From positions 1 through 60,080 of the forward strand of contig CAZTNR010000001.1 of NCBI GenBank assembly GCA_964614955.1: 60,080 bases of DNA, given 5' to 3'. Under the pieces are notes generated by a model. The model saw only the letters and a list, made by a program, of their open reading frames with translations. It made no database searches and was not told where the DNA came from. Below, piece by piece: positions 1 to 8,204 of this stretch. The stretch comes from an uncultured Oscillospiraceae bacterium (GTDB taxonomy: Bacteria; Bacillota; Clostridia; Oscillospirales; CAG-382). The position numbers and the translations under genes are program-made. The first letter of the stretch is position 1, and each line of letters opens with the position of its first letter.

Positions 1-120
1 AAATTTGATCCGCAGTAAACAAAGAAAAGGATTTTTGTGACGAAAAACTGCGTGAAAAAACTGTGGTCAAAAAATTGCAAGTTTCTAAAAGTGGGGAGAA
101 AATACCTGAATAGTAACAAA

Positions 121-161
121 AATGACCTAAAGTGAAGAATAAATCTCTACTTTAGGTCATT
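121..161 (-). terminator. Intrinsic terminator hairpin downstream of the displaced tRNA-Pro 3' fragment (original host tRNA terminator)
   Basis: 13-bp inverted repeat aatgacctaaagt / actttaggtcatt. On the minus strand it runs into a T-rich tract and lies just 3' of the tRNA fragment at 166-188. Confidence 0.6.
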
Positions 162-165
162 TTTG

Positions 166-188
166 TGGTCGAGGTGACAGGACTCGAA
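166..188. repeat. attL core: duplicate of the last 23 nt of tRNA-Pro
   Basis: tggtcgaggtgacaggactcgaa is identical to 50770-50792. Identity stops on both sides. Confidence 0.85.
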
Positions 189-223
189 GCTGTGACTTTT
201 TAAGTTATACAAGGCTTTGAGAA

Positions 224-246
224 GTTTTGACAACTTTTTGACACCC
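224..246. promoter_or_regulatory. Candidate integrase arm-type site (left arm)
   Basis: gttttgacaactttttgacaccc recurs at 50642-50664 with one mismatch, in the same orientation, about 35-105 bp inside each att core. Confidence 0.4.
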
Positions 247-336
247 GACACCCACGTTTTTACATCCAAAATTTAATTATTATTTATTACACTTACATTA
301 TACTACATTTTTAGACATTTGTCAACAGAAAAATAC

Positions 337-371
337 AGAAAAATCAAGAAATTTTGAGAAAAATCAAGAAA
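337..371. repeat. Two direct copies of a 15-mer (agaaaaatcaagaaa) at the 3' end of int; possible arm-type or Xis/IHF-region sites
   Basis: Exact copies at 337-351 and 357-371. Confidence 0.35.
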
Positions 372-1395
372 AGCTGAACGAATTCAGCTTTTTTGCTGTT
401 TCGGTTTTACGCTTATCTCGGATATGGGTATATATCTGTCTTGTCATATTGATATCGGCGTGTCCCATCAGTTCCTGAGCATCCTTTACATCGACTCCCG
501 CTTCGAACAGCATTGTTGCGTATCCGTGTCGGAGCTGATGTGCTGTAACGGACACTCCGTATTTCTTCTTATATGCTTCCCATCTACATTGCAGCTGCTT
601 TTTAGTGAGAGGGCTTCCATCTTCATTACAGAAGAGAAGTCCTTTCCTTTTTGGCAATTTCTCCGCCACTCTATCAAGAAGTATTACGCTTCTGACTGCA
701 TTTTTTGTTTTTGTTACGTTCTCTATAACAGGTTTATTACCGTCGTGAATAAGGTGTTTATCGACATTTATTATCATATTATCGAAATCAAAGTCTTTTT
801 CAAGGTCCAGAGGCAGAGCTTCCGACATACGAAGACCGGTATTCAAGAGAAAATACGGGAGAAAATCAAAGCCTTCACAATTTGAATTTACTATCCGCAG
901 CTCTTCATCAGAGGGAAGTTCCCGAGTTTTCCTCGGCAGGTTTGCAGGTGTATCAACGTGTTCTACGGGATTGAAGTCTGTATATCCGTTTATAATGGCG
1001 TATTTGAAAATCATATTGAGGATGCTTTTATGAGATGCCACTGTCTTTGCGGAATACTTCTGCAGAGCAAGCCAGCCAACAAAGCGTGCCACGTCCTTTG
1101 GGGTGATATTATTTATGTAATCATCCTCGAAATACGAGAGGGTTCTGAGGTATGCGGCACGTGTATTTTTTCGGTAATTAACATCCGATACGGATTCTCT
1201 GTACTGTTCATTCCATTCTTTGGCGACATTTGAAAAGAGGAGTGATTTGCGGGTTCTCTCCTCTATTCCGAGCATTTGTCTATTGAAGTCACGATTTGCT
1301 TCTGCCTGAGTTTTTGCGGTGCTATACAGGTATTTTATTCTGCCGTCGGGCAGGGTTATTTTCTTTTGGTAGCGCCCGTCCGCGCGTTTTTTCAT
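364..1395 (-). CDS. int: Tyrosine recombinase / phage integrase
   Basis: 343 aa. The C-terminal catalytic signature is TGLRMSE ... HQLRHGYATML ... GHADINMTRQIYTH (R, HxxR, Y). The gene is adjacent to attL. Confidence 0.93.
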   Translation of the reverse strand: MKKRADGRYQKKITLPDGRIKYLYSTAKTQAEANRDFNRQMLGIEERTRKSLLFSNVAKEWNEQYRESVSDVNYRKNTRAAYLRTLSYFEDDYINNITPKDVARFVGWLALQKYSAKTVASHKSILNMIFKYAIINGYTDFNPVEHVDTPANLPRKTRELPSDEELRIVNSNCEGFDFLPYFLLNTGLRMSEALPLDLEKDFDFDNMIINVDKHLIHDGNKPVIENVTKTKNAVRSVILLDRVAEKLPKRKGLLFCNEDGSPLTKKQLQCRWEAYKKKYGVSVTAHQLRHGYATMLFEAGVDVKDAQELMGHADINMTRQIYTHIRDKRKTETAKKLNSFSFS

Positions 1396-1447
1396 CGTTT
1401 TCCTCCTTTCTGTATTATTTGTTAACCGCCTTGGGCGGTTATTTTTA

Positions 1448-2062
1448 TCAATCTAAATACCGAAGAAGTTGCATAAGATATTGACCGTTCATCACTTCTG
1501 TTTCGTCTCTTTCAAGCATTCGTTTATTGAAGGTTACAAAACCGTTGCTTTCATAAAATTCAAGAAGACGAGGCTTGTCCTCACATTCCACGTAAACGGT
1601 TTTACCGCTTGATATTCTTTGGATTTCCCTGACTCTATCAAGTGCCAGGTTGAGAAGTTCGTCGCCGGTTATAAGCTTATTATATTCATTTGTGTAATTT
1701 TTACCGAGTTGTGCAATGAGAGGGCTTACTATGTACATTGCCCCTGTATCGGGATTTGCGGCAGCAAATTTATTAAGGCGTTTTCTCAAATTCGAGCTGA
1801 CGCTTTTCTTCGCAATGCGTATTGTTTTAAGACAGAGAGTATAATAGCCCACGAGAACGGGCTTGTCCTTATAAGATGCGAACACCAAGTGTGTATTTGC
1901 AACACCCTGCTCAGCGAAAGTAATGGCTGAATATCTCAAGAAGTTTTCCACATCTTTATTTAGAGGACAAGAAAACTCGGAAACGATACGCTTAACTGTT
2001 TCACGTTCGTTTCCGAGTTCTTTTATCATATCCTGAAGCGAAACCTGCAAGTAACCCATCAT
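1448..2062 (-). CDS. GNAT-fold acetyltransferase-like protein (possible toxin or exclusion factor)
   Basis: 204 aa. The motifs CPLNKDVENFL, PLIAQLGKNY (degenerate Q/RxxGxG/A acetyl-CoA loop) and a LLEFYESNGF tail resemble GNAT proteins. The start overlaps the upstream ORF's stop as ATGA. Confidence 0.5.
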   Translation of the reverse strand: MMGYLQVSLQDMIKELGNERETVKRIVSEFSCPLNKDVENFLRYSAITFAEQGVANTHLVFASYKDKPVLVGYYTLCLKTIRIAKKSVSSNLRKRLNKFAAANPDTGAMYIVSPLIAQLGKNYTNEYNKLITGDELLNLALDRVREIQRISSGKTVYVECEDKPRLLEFYESNGFVTFNKRMLERDETEVMNGQYLMQLLRYLD

Positions 2063-2235
2063 ATTTTTGCACCAAACATCTTCGAGATTTCTTCGCCTTT
2101 GACATCTCTTGATGCCTTTGACATATCTACTGTCTTATGACCTTTATTCTTTGAATTTTCAAGGGCGGATGCTAAGTTGCGGGCGCCGGTTCTGTCTTTG
2201 ATATTGATGTTTTTTGTTATACTCTTTGTTGCCAT
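2059..2235 (-). CDS. Small hypothetical protein translationally coupled to the GNAT-like gene (candidate antitoxin or partner)
   Basis: 58 aa counted from the ATG at 2235, which is preceded by aaaggag. There is a 4-nt ATGA overlap with the downstream gene. Confidence 0.5.
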   Translation of the reverse strand: MATKSITKNINIKDRTGARNLASALENSKNKGHKTVDMSKASRDVKGEEISKMFGAKI

Positions 2236-2418
2236 AACATCACTGCTCCTTTCAGTCAAGTTTATTAACTACAGTTATATTATATGCAACTTTTGCGGAT
2301 TTGTCAACCTTTTGGTGCAACTTTTGTTTTCATTTATTTACATTCGCTTACATTTATTTACATTTATTCGGTTTTGCTTTGCTATAACACAACGGCAATC
2401 CGTTACTGAATTATACCG

Positions 2419-2805
2419 TCATTTGGTTGCACTGTTACGAGTTTCTTTATAATACATGGCATTTTCGCTTAACTTGGAAACACATCTGAGTGTTGATTTG
2501 TTTTCCAACTTAACGCCAAACTTCTTGCAATAAAGAGGTTGTTTTGTTACAAACTCCCAATAATGTTTTCCGTACCTTGAAAACGGATGATAGAATTTCC
2601 AACGGCAATAACTACAATGGATACAAAGTTTTCGTTCCAACCCTGGGTTTTCTTTGAGGAACGCCTGATTTCTTCTTTTGATTTCTATGTTGGGTTTGTG
2701 ATTATCGATAATCGTTTTTATGCATTCAAAAAGAACGCATGATATTGGAATAACTATTATAATAGCATTTATCACTACACCCAACGCTATCTGCCACCAA
2801 GTCAT
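2419..2805 (-). CDS. Membrane protein with a Cys-rich C-terminal region, hypothetical
   Basis: N-terminal TM helix WWQIALGVVINAIIIVIPISCVLF, then CIHCSYC ... C ... C. The start was chosen at the internal ATG (MTWWQ). Confidence 0.55.
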   Translation of the reverse strand: MTWWQIALGVVINAIIIVIPISCVLFECIKTIIDNHKPNIEIKRRNQAFLKENPGLERKLCIHCSYCRWKFYHPFSRYGKHYWEFVTKQPLYCKKFGVKLENKSTLRCVSKLSENAMYYKETRNSATK

Positions 2806-2902
2806 TTGCACAACCCCACCGCGAAAAATATATAGAATTGATTTTGAATTTCTGCCGGACAACACAACGGCAACCTTTAACTATTTGTTTGTGATTAGCG
2901 CG

Positions 2903-3580
2903 CTAAGGATTACAACGGCTACACGGAGAATAAAAGCGTTTCGCAGTTTCTTCATCGACCGGATATGAGTTTTGTGCATAGCCACAAGAGGCCGTGTGGT
3001 ACTTGCTTCCGGTTTTGGTTACATAATAAACTTTTGTGTTATTATCAACATTTTCGACAAAGTCATCAACATTGATATTGTTATTGCTATCTATATGTGA
3101 TGATACCGCAACAGCTTCGTCGGTTGCTTTGCCTTTGTTTTCCGTATTCAACAATCTTATATTGAAAATCAACGATGCCGAAAGTATAACTGACAAAAGG
3201 ACAGTTGACAAAGAAATGTGTTTTTCTTCCATTGCCAGCTGAGCAAACCTGTTGGCTTGGTATTCCTTTTCATCAGAATTTGATGCGTGAAAATCAAAGT
3301 GATTTAGTTCTATGTGTGCAATCTCGTGAAGCAAAAGCTGAAGCTTTTGATACTCTATGCAGGAACGTCGTATAAAAATCAAATTTACATTATCCTTATA
3401 TGTAAAGGCAATGTGTTCATTTGCAATTTTGTCAAGTCCGTAAATGCGGATTTCTTCTGTGTTGTCATCAAAAAGAATAATGGTATATCCCTTTTCCGTA
3501 ATGTAGTTTGCCACATTTTCATAATTGACTTGACCTTTGATATTTCTTTTGAAGCGTTTGACCGCTTGATTTATGTTCAT
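2903..3580 (-). CDS. ImmA/IrrE-family zinc metalloprotease fused to a TM helix and a C-terminal His/Cys module
   Basis: HEIAHIELNH (HExxH) lies in the N-terminal half, followed by TM helix LSTVLLSVILSASLIFNI. The C-terminus is KYHTASCGY...YSPCSRCNP. The gene is directly downstream of the XRE repressor. Confidence 0.75.
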   Translation of the reverse strand: MNINQAVKRFKRNIKGQVNYENVANYITEKGYTIILFDDNTEEIRIYGLDKIANEHIAFTYKDNVNLIFIRRSCIEYQKLQLLLHEIAHIELNHFDFHASNSDEKEYQANRFAQLAMEEKHISLSTVLLSVILSASLIFNIRLLNTENKGKATDEAVAVSSHIDSNNNINVDDFVENVDNNTKVYYVTKTGSKYHTASCGYAQNSYPVDEETAKRFYSPCSRCNP

Positions 3581-3606
3581 GGCTTCCTTTCCGGTTGCCG
3601 TTGCGT

Positions 3607-4419
3607 TTATAAATTATCAGAAGTCTTTGGATTCTTTGCGATTTGAACTTCTGCATCGCCCTTTGCGGCGATTTTGGCGGTTGAGGAAATGTTATGCTTA
3701 ATATATGCCTTCTTCAACGCTTGTTGCTGTTCCGAATCAAGGGCGGCTAGTTTTTCGTATGCAGTTTTGCCGTCAATAATTTTGCCGCTAACGCAGGTGT
3801 CACTGAATTCTATATCCAGTATTTTTGCGATTTCTGCGTTTTCAATTACAAACAATTTCCCGTCGTAAATTGTTTCGTAAGTCTTTCCTACATAAGTAAG
3901 GATTTCATCAACTCTGTCATTCAAAGAGCTGTCGTTGATATCGTGGAACCATTTAACGGAACCATTTACTCCGAGTTGTTCGTCGAGTTTTCCAAAAGCA
4001 TTCTCAGGGTTTTTGATATGAAGTTCCTGCCCCAAAACGATTTTGAAATATTCTTTGAGAATGTCGTTGTATGATGTGAATACGTTAGCCATATTATGTT
4101 CTCCTTCTTCCATTCCTAAAATTTTGTGTACCGCTTCATGCATCTCTGGATGATTGCGGTATGCTGTTACTAATTCTTTTTCTTTTTCTGTAAAGCACTC
4201 GTCAAAAACGAGAGCTTTATTTTTTTCATTTGATTCGCCTTTCAAATACTCAACGCTTACCCCGAAATAGTCAGACATTCTTAGAAGCGTTGCTTTTCGT
4301 GGCATTGAATTTTCATCCCACATTGAATATGTGGAATTTGACAACCCGAGTTTTACGCAAACCGCCGAAGGCGATTCGCCTCTTTCATTACATAATCTTG
4401 TAAATCTTTCTTTGAACAT
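3607..4419 (-). CDS. XRE-family HTH repressor (CI/ImmR-like)
   Basis: N-terminal HTH FKERFTRLCNERGESPSAVCVKLGLSNSTYSMWDENSMP. The ATG at 4419 has a ggaga RBS. An alternative upstream ATG at 4437 lacks an RBS. Confidence 0.85.
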   Translation of the reverse strand: MFKERFTRLCNERGESPSAVCVKLGLSNSTYSMWDENSMPRKATLLRMSDYFGVSVEYLKGESNEKNKALVFDECFTEKEKELVTAYRNHPEMHEAVHKILGMEEGEHNMANVFTSYNDILKEYFKIVLGQELHIKNPENAFGKLDEQLGVNGSVKWFHDINDSSLNDRVDEILTYVGKTYETIYDGKLFVIENAEIAKILDIEFSDTCVSGKIIDGKTAYEKLAALDSEQQQALKKAYIKHNISSTAKIAAKGDAEVQIAKNPKTSDNL

Positions 4420-4497
4420 AATGTCTCCATTCTGCACAACTGAGATAACTTATATTTGTGCAAATCTACAAAACTGGCAAAACTTGCATAAAAAGGC

Positions 4498-4526
4498 TTG
4501 ATTTTCTCAGTTTGCTTAGTTATAAT
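4498..4526 (+). promoter_or_regulatory. Near-consensus sigma-70-type promoter divergent from the repressor gene
   Basis: TTGATT, 17-nt spacer, TATAAT. Confidence 0.6.
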
Positions 4527-4935
4527 GTATTTACAGAGTACGAAATCCGCTACCGCACAAAACAAAAAGCGGGAGTGCGAAATAGACTTAAAAAGGGACT
4601 TGCCGATATATTGAGTTTGGTCGCTTTAATTTTATCACATTTCACTTATTAAGTCAACGATACTTTGTATTTACAGAACAAGAGTGACAAAGCAAGGATG
4701 ATGGTTTTGAACTTCCTAAAAGACAAATGGTTATCCTTATTTAGCTTTGTTACTCTCTGTTACAGCTTTAATGATTCGATTGTTCCAGTTTCGGTGGTGC
4801 GTATGAAGAAACAAAGAAAACACGAGTGCGATTGTGTGTGTGCTTTTTGCAAAAATCCAAAGTGGAAATGCGTTTTCACGACACCCGGGAGCTTTTGGGA
4901 TTTGCTTAGAATAAAATGCCCGAATCTACCGTTAA

Positions 4936-5325
4936 TTATTTCATTAATTGCATTAGCGACTGTAGCAGCCAAGACAATTCTTGCCTATATGCTCCAACAA
5001 GAGCAATTATGGAAATAACTGTAGGTATTATGAACCTGATGTCGTTTTGTTTTTTATGCAATTTATAAACAAACGCTTCGCTTGTTAACCTCAGTGACGA
5101 TACTCTGACGCTTGGTGTTGGCTGATATACTTCTACAGCATTTACGGCGTTTAGTGAATTGATCGCTTGATTAATACGAACTTTATTCATGCGTGGCAAT
5201 CCATTATAGAAATCGTCGTTAATAAGCACAAGACCGTCTTTTGAGTTTTTATATGTACTTATGTAATCAAGAACTTTGTTAATATCACGTTGAGTTACAC
5301 GGATTTTCCCATTAATCTGTTTCAC
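4936..5325 (-). CDS. Hypothetical protein with a C-terminal TM segment
   Basis: 129 aa. An aggagga RBS lies upstream. TM helix FIIPTVISIIALVGAY. Confidence 0.6.
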   Translation of the reverse strand: MKQINGKIRVTQRDINKVLDYISTYKNSKDGLVLINDDFYNGLPRMNKVRINQAINSLNAVNAVEVYQPTPSVRVSSLRLTSEAFVYKLHKKQNDIRFIIPTVISIIALVGAYRQELSWLLQSLMQLMK

Positions 5326-5728
5326 TTTATCCTCCTGACGCTCAGCAAAATTAACAGAAGTTAATTTTTGAGTATGACATATAAGAATTACGTTCCATTA
5401 TTAGTTTACTCCGACTTTTCGGTGTTTCTGAAAACGAAATTCGCCGGTCAGTCGTGGTGATATTATCAGCAAAGCGCGTAGGCTTTTGTGGATTTGCGGT
5501 GTTATATTTTTGGACAATTTATTATACCACGTTTTCACTACAAAGTCAACTGTTTTGCACATCAAAAGGCCTCTATTCTCGGAACTGTCACGGTGAACGC
5601 ACAAGCCGTGAAAAGCCGAGTGCCTTTTGCACCGAAAGGTGATTTTCTCCGGAGAAGCCGGCAATGCAGTAGGTCGGCTTTTTCATCGGGAAATTAAACA
5701 ATTTTACTTGTGAAAGGAAGAAGCGTAT

Positions 5729-6148
5729 ATGAAAATTAAAACTGTTTGCGAAGACTATATCGAATTTGACACGGGTGACAAGATTACATTTGACCATGAA
5801 CCCGATTGTTGTGAAATAAATTTTGCAGATTTTATGAGCATTGACGACCTTGCCATGTGTTGGGAATTTGAAAAACCGCTAAAATTTGAAGCAATCGAGC
5901 GTGCCGGTTTTCGCTTTGGAAATCCCGGAAGAATGGTATTTGTTCCTTGTTACTCTTATCAAAACGGCTATTATACTGAAGAAATCGATATTTATTTCAA
6001 CGGCGAACTTCAAAAGCTCTTTGATGCTGCATGGGTGAACAATATATCACAGCGCGAAAAGAAACATCACGATCCTTCGAAATCACACTATGCACGCATA
6101 AAAAAACAAATAGTTGATAATTATTATGCGGAGCTTTGGGAGGAGTGA
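5729..6148 (+). CDS. Hypothetical early protein
   Basis: 139 aa. RBS aaaggaag upstream. No motif recognised. Confidence 0.65.
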   Translation: MKIKTVCEDYIEFDTGDKITFDHEPDCCEINFADFMSIDDLAMCWEFEKPLKFEAIERAGFRFGNPGRMVFVPCYSYQNGYYTEEIDIYFNGELQKLFDAAWVNNISQREKKHHDPSKSHYARIKKQIVDNYYAELWEE

Positions 6149-6152
6149 GGAT

Positions 6153-6254
6153 ATGATGAGCTTTTTCAGAGAATACGGCTTAATAATTCTTGTATCTGCG
6201 ATAACAACGGTTTTGACAAGAATAGTAATAGCTGTGTTAGAAGCGTTACTATAA
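6153..6254 (+). CDS. 33-aa hydrophobic peptide (below the ORF-track cutoff)
   Basis: ATG at 6153 follows gggaggag. Translation is MMSFFREYGLIILVSAITTVLTRIVIAVLEALL, with one predicted TM helix. Confidence 0.4.
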   Translation: MMSFFREYGLIILVSAITTVLTRIVIAVLEALL

Positions 6255-6278
6255 AAAATCAATTAAAGGAGGTATTAT

Positions 6279-6467
6279 ATGAAAATTATTGCACAGAAAC
6301 GAAAGCGACTCGGTCTTTCTCAGGCAGAGCTCGCAAAGAAGTTAGGCGTAACGCAGGCTGCGGTATCGCTTTGGGAACTCGATTCGGCAAGTCCGAACTC
6401 ATCATTGCTATTAAAGCTGGCAGAAGTGCTCGAGTGTACTGTAGATGAATTGTTGAAGGAGGAATGA
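6279..6467 (+). CDS. XRE-family HTH protein (Cro-like)
   Basis: 62 aa. HTH LGLSQAELAKKLGVTQAAVSLWE. RBS aaggagg. Confidence 0.85.
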   Translation: MKIIAQKRKRLGLSQAELAKKLGVTQAAVSLWELDSASPNSSLLLKLAEVLECTVDELLKEE

Positions 6468-6889
6468 GGGTGAAAGAAATTGTGTCGGATGTATTCGATG
6501 TTGAAAACCTCGCCCGCTGTACTTGCGGTTCACATGATGTCGAACTTTTTCTTAAAAATCCGCTTTGTTCTGAAAAAAGTATAGTAATTGTTTGCTTGGA
6601 GTGCGGGTGTTCAACGCAAGAATATCCTGTCTCCGACAGAGAAATGTTCGAAGGCTCAGAGCGACTTTCAAAAGTGGTACACCATGCGATCGAAGAATGG
6701 AACGAGAAACGGCGTCGGTATGAGTGCGAGCGACGTATGGATGCGGAAAAGATAGCATCTCAACAAACACCTCGTTTATCTATTGACGATGCCGAAAAAA
6801 TGGCAAGAGAATGCGTTGACAGATTTACTCAAATCACACTAAACAAGAAAAGCCATTTTCTTGAAAGAATAGCGAACAAGCAAGAATGA
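6464..6889 (+). CDS. Hypothetical protein with an N-terminal CxxC...CxxC zinc-ribbon-like motif
   Basis: 141 aa. CTCGSH...CLECGCS. ATGA overlap with the Cro-like gene. Confidence 0.6.
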   Translation: MRVKEIVSDVFDVENLARCTCGSHDVELFLKNPLCSEKSIVIVCLECGCSTQEYPVSDREMFEGSERLSKVVHHAIEEWNEKRRRYECERRMDAEKIASQQTPRLSIDDAEKMARECVDRFTQITLNKKSHFLERIANKQE

Positions 6890-6911
6890 TTAGCTGAAAG
6901 GAGGAATAAAA

Positions 6912-7118
6912 ATGGCAAGGGAAAAGGAAAACTACCGAAGTATGCTTTCGTTTCTTATAGACGAAAAGAAGTGTCCGCTTGTTATGACAAAGCTTGAGAC
7001 GGCCAAGGTTCTCGGAGTTTCGAGAGGAAAGCTCGACGATATGATTTTCGACGGCGAAATCAAAATGAACGGCGGAAGAATACCAATCGGCTCAGTGGCA
7101 AACTATTTATGCGGATAG
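6912..7118 (+). CDS. Small HTH DNA-binding protein (excisionase/MerR-like)
   Basis: 68 aa. MTKLETAKVLGVSRGKLDDMIFDGEI resembles excisionase-type HTH proteins. Confidence 0.5.
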   Translation: MAREKENYRSMLSFLIDEKKCPLVMTKLETAKVLGVSRGKLDDMIFDGEIKMNGGRIPIGSVANYLCG

Positions 7119-7240
7119 CGGAGAGCCTCCGCAGGCAATTCACGGGCGGTCTTGGCAACAATCTAATTATAGATGTCGCTCAAAGAACACCGTTTGACCG
7201 CCATAAACGCAAGTGGTCAAACTCATAAAAAACAGGAAGG

Positions 7241-7441
7241 ATGGTTATTATGAAAGAGATTTTGAAAAAGGTTTTATTATTCTTGGCGTTGGCGGCGTTT
7301 GAATACGGAACGATAGTTGGTCTTATATGGCTTACAAGTTTCTTATTCGGCTTTGAGTTTTCACTTTTATATTCTACCTTTGTATGGCTCGCAGTTCAAA
7401 TTATGCATCTTGTGAGCAGATACGGGAGGAACAGGAAATGA
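7241..7441 (+). CDS. Small membrane protein
   Basis: 66 aa with two hydrophobic helices. Confidence 0.55.
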   Translation: MVIMKEILKKVLLFLALAAFEYGTIVGLIWLTSFLFGFEFSLLYSTFVWLAVQIMHLVSRYGRNRK

Positions 7442-7902
7442 AGTGCAGCACAACCAGGATGCGAGGCAAAGAGCTTCGTGACTTCAAGAGAGATTTACAC
7501 AAAGAGATACAAGAACAGATGGACACGGTACTCAAAGACCGTGAAATGATGGCGGGATGCAGGGCACAATGGATGTTACTTGTAGCATTATACAGAGTTT
7601 TCGGCTTCGGCAAAAAAAGGATTCGACGAGTAATGGCTGAGGTAGGCAATATGTTACCAAGTCTTACCCTTGACAGGGACGCCGAGGTTATGGACGAGAT
7701 GTTGATACTCGACCTTGAACGGCTCGGGCTTGACATCAGAGAGACACACGGTGAGTATTTCGAGTGCGCCGAGAGGTTAAAGCAATTCGGAAAGTACATT
7801 GACGGTGAAAAAGACCGCAAGGATGCAGAAGCAAAAGAAAAAGAGCTTCTCGACAAGCTCAAGCGAAAAGAAATGATATTCGGAAAGGATGCATCAATAT
7901 GA
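7438..7902 (+). CDS. Hypothetical early protein
   Basis: The ATG at 7438 overlaps the previous stop (ATGA). 154 aa. Confidence 0.6.
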   Translation: MKCSTTRMRGKELRDFKRDLHKEIQEQMDTVLKDREMMAGCRAQWMLLVALYRVFGFGKKRIRRVMAEVGNMLPSLTLDRDAEVMDEMLILDLERLGLDIRETHGEYFECAERLKQFGKYIDGEKDRKDAEAKEKELLDKLKRKEMIFGKDASI

Positions 7903-8204
7903 CAGCAGAACAGTTTATCAAAAAAATTAAAGAGAAAGCAGACGACAAGGACCTTATGGGTGCACCTGGCGTTCTTGTCGAATTTGCGGACGAGCTTTCA
8001 CGGGACATATCCGATGCTTTGCATAACAAGGTTTGCGAATCCACGGCTCTTGTTGTGGCAAGCGTTTTAGAAGGATATGCAAAGGTTATCAGATACTCGC
8101 ACAAGAGCGATCATGCGAAAATGTCGGAGCTTATTTACAATATGTTTTCACAAAAGCAGTGTGTTTCTATGAAGGTTCCGATGGACTTAAAAGGAGAAGA
8201 ATAA
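7899..8204 (+). CDS. Hypothetical early protein
   Basis: 101 aa. ATGA-type overlap with the upstream gene. Confidence 0.6.
   Translation: MTAEQFIKKIKEKADDKDLMGAPGVLVEFADELSRDISDALHNKVCESTALVVASVLEGYAKVIRYSHKSDHAKMSELIYNMFSQKQCVSMKVPMDLKGEE

Noticed and set aside
424-1233. Plus-strand ORFs 424-885 and 958-1233 inside the integrase gene
   Set aside because: They are antisense to a gene with clear tyrosine-recombinase motifs, and they have no RBS or recognisable features.
4665-5018. Plus-strand 117-aa ORF overlapping the 3' end of 4936-5325 (-)
   Set aside because: It has no usable RBS at any of its start codons (aaggATGATG has 0-3 nt spacing), and it overlaps a minus-strand gene that has a strong RBS. 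It is kept only as a remote possibility under the 4498 promoter finding.
5585-5690. Resemblance of acgcacaagcc / GAAA-tetraloop hairpin to a c-di-GMP-I (GEMM) riboswitch
   Set aside because: Only a short word resembles the GACGCAAAGCC core. The expected GGCAAAC element and the two-helix architecture are not evident. This cannot be supported without a covariance-model scan.
5401-5797. Several 62-87-aa ORFs on both strands in the 5326-5728 gap
   Set aside because: They are mutually overlapping, lack RBSs and have odd composition. The region is better explained as promoters plus a structured leader.
7126-7224. Two hairpins (gcggag/ctccgc and gtttgacc/ggtcaaac) in the 7119-7240 intergenic gap
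   Set aside because: Neither has a T-run or a repeat partner elsewhere. The evidence is too weak to call a terminator or regulatory RNA.
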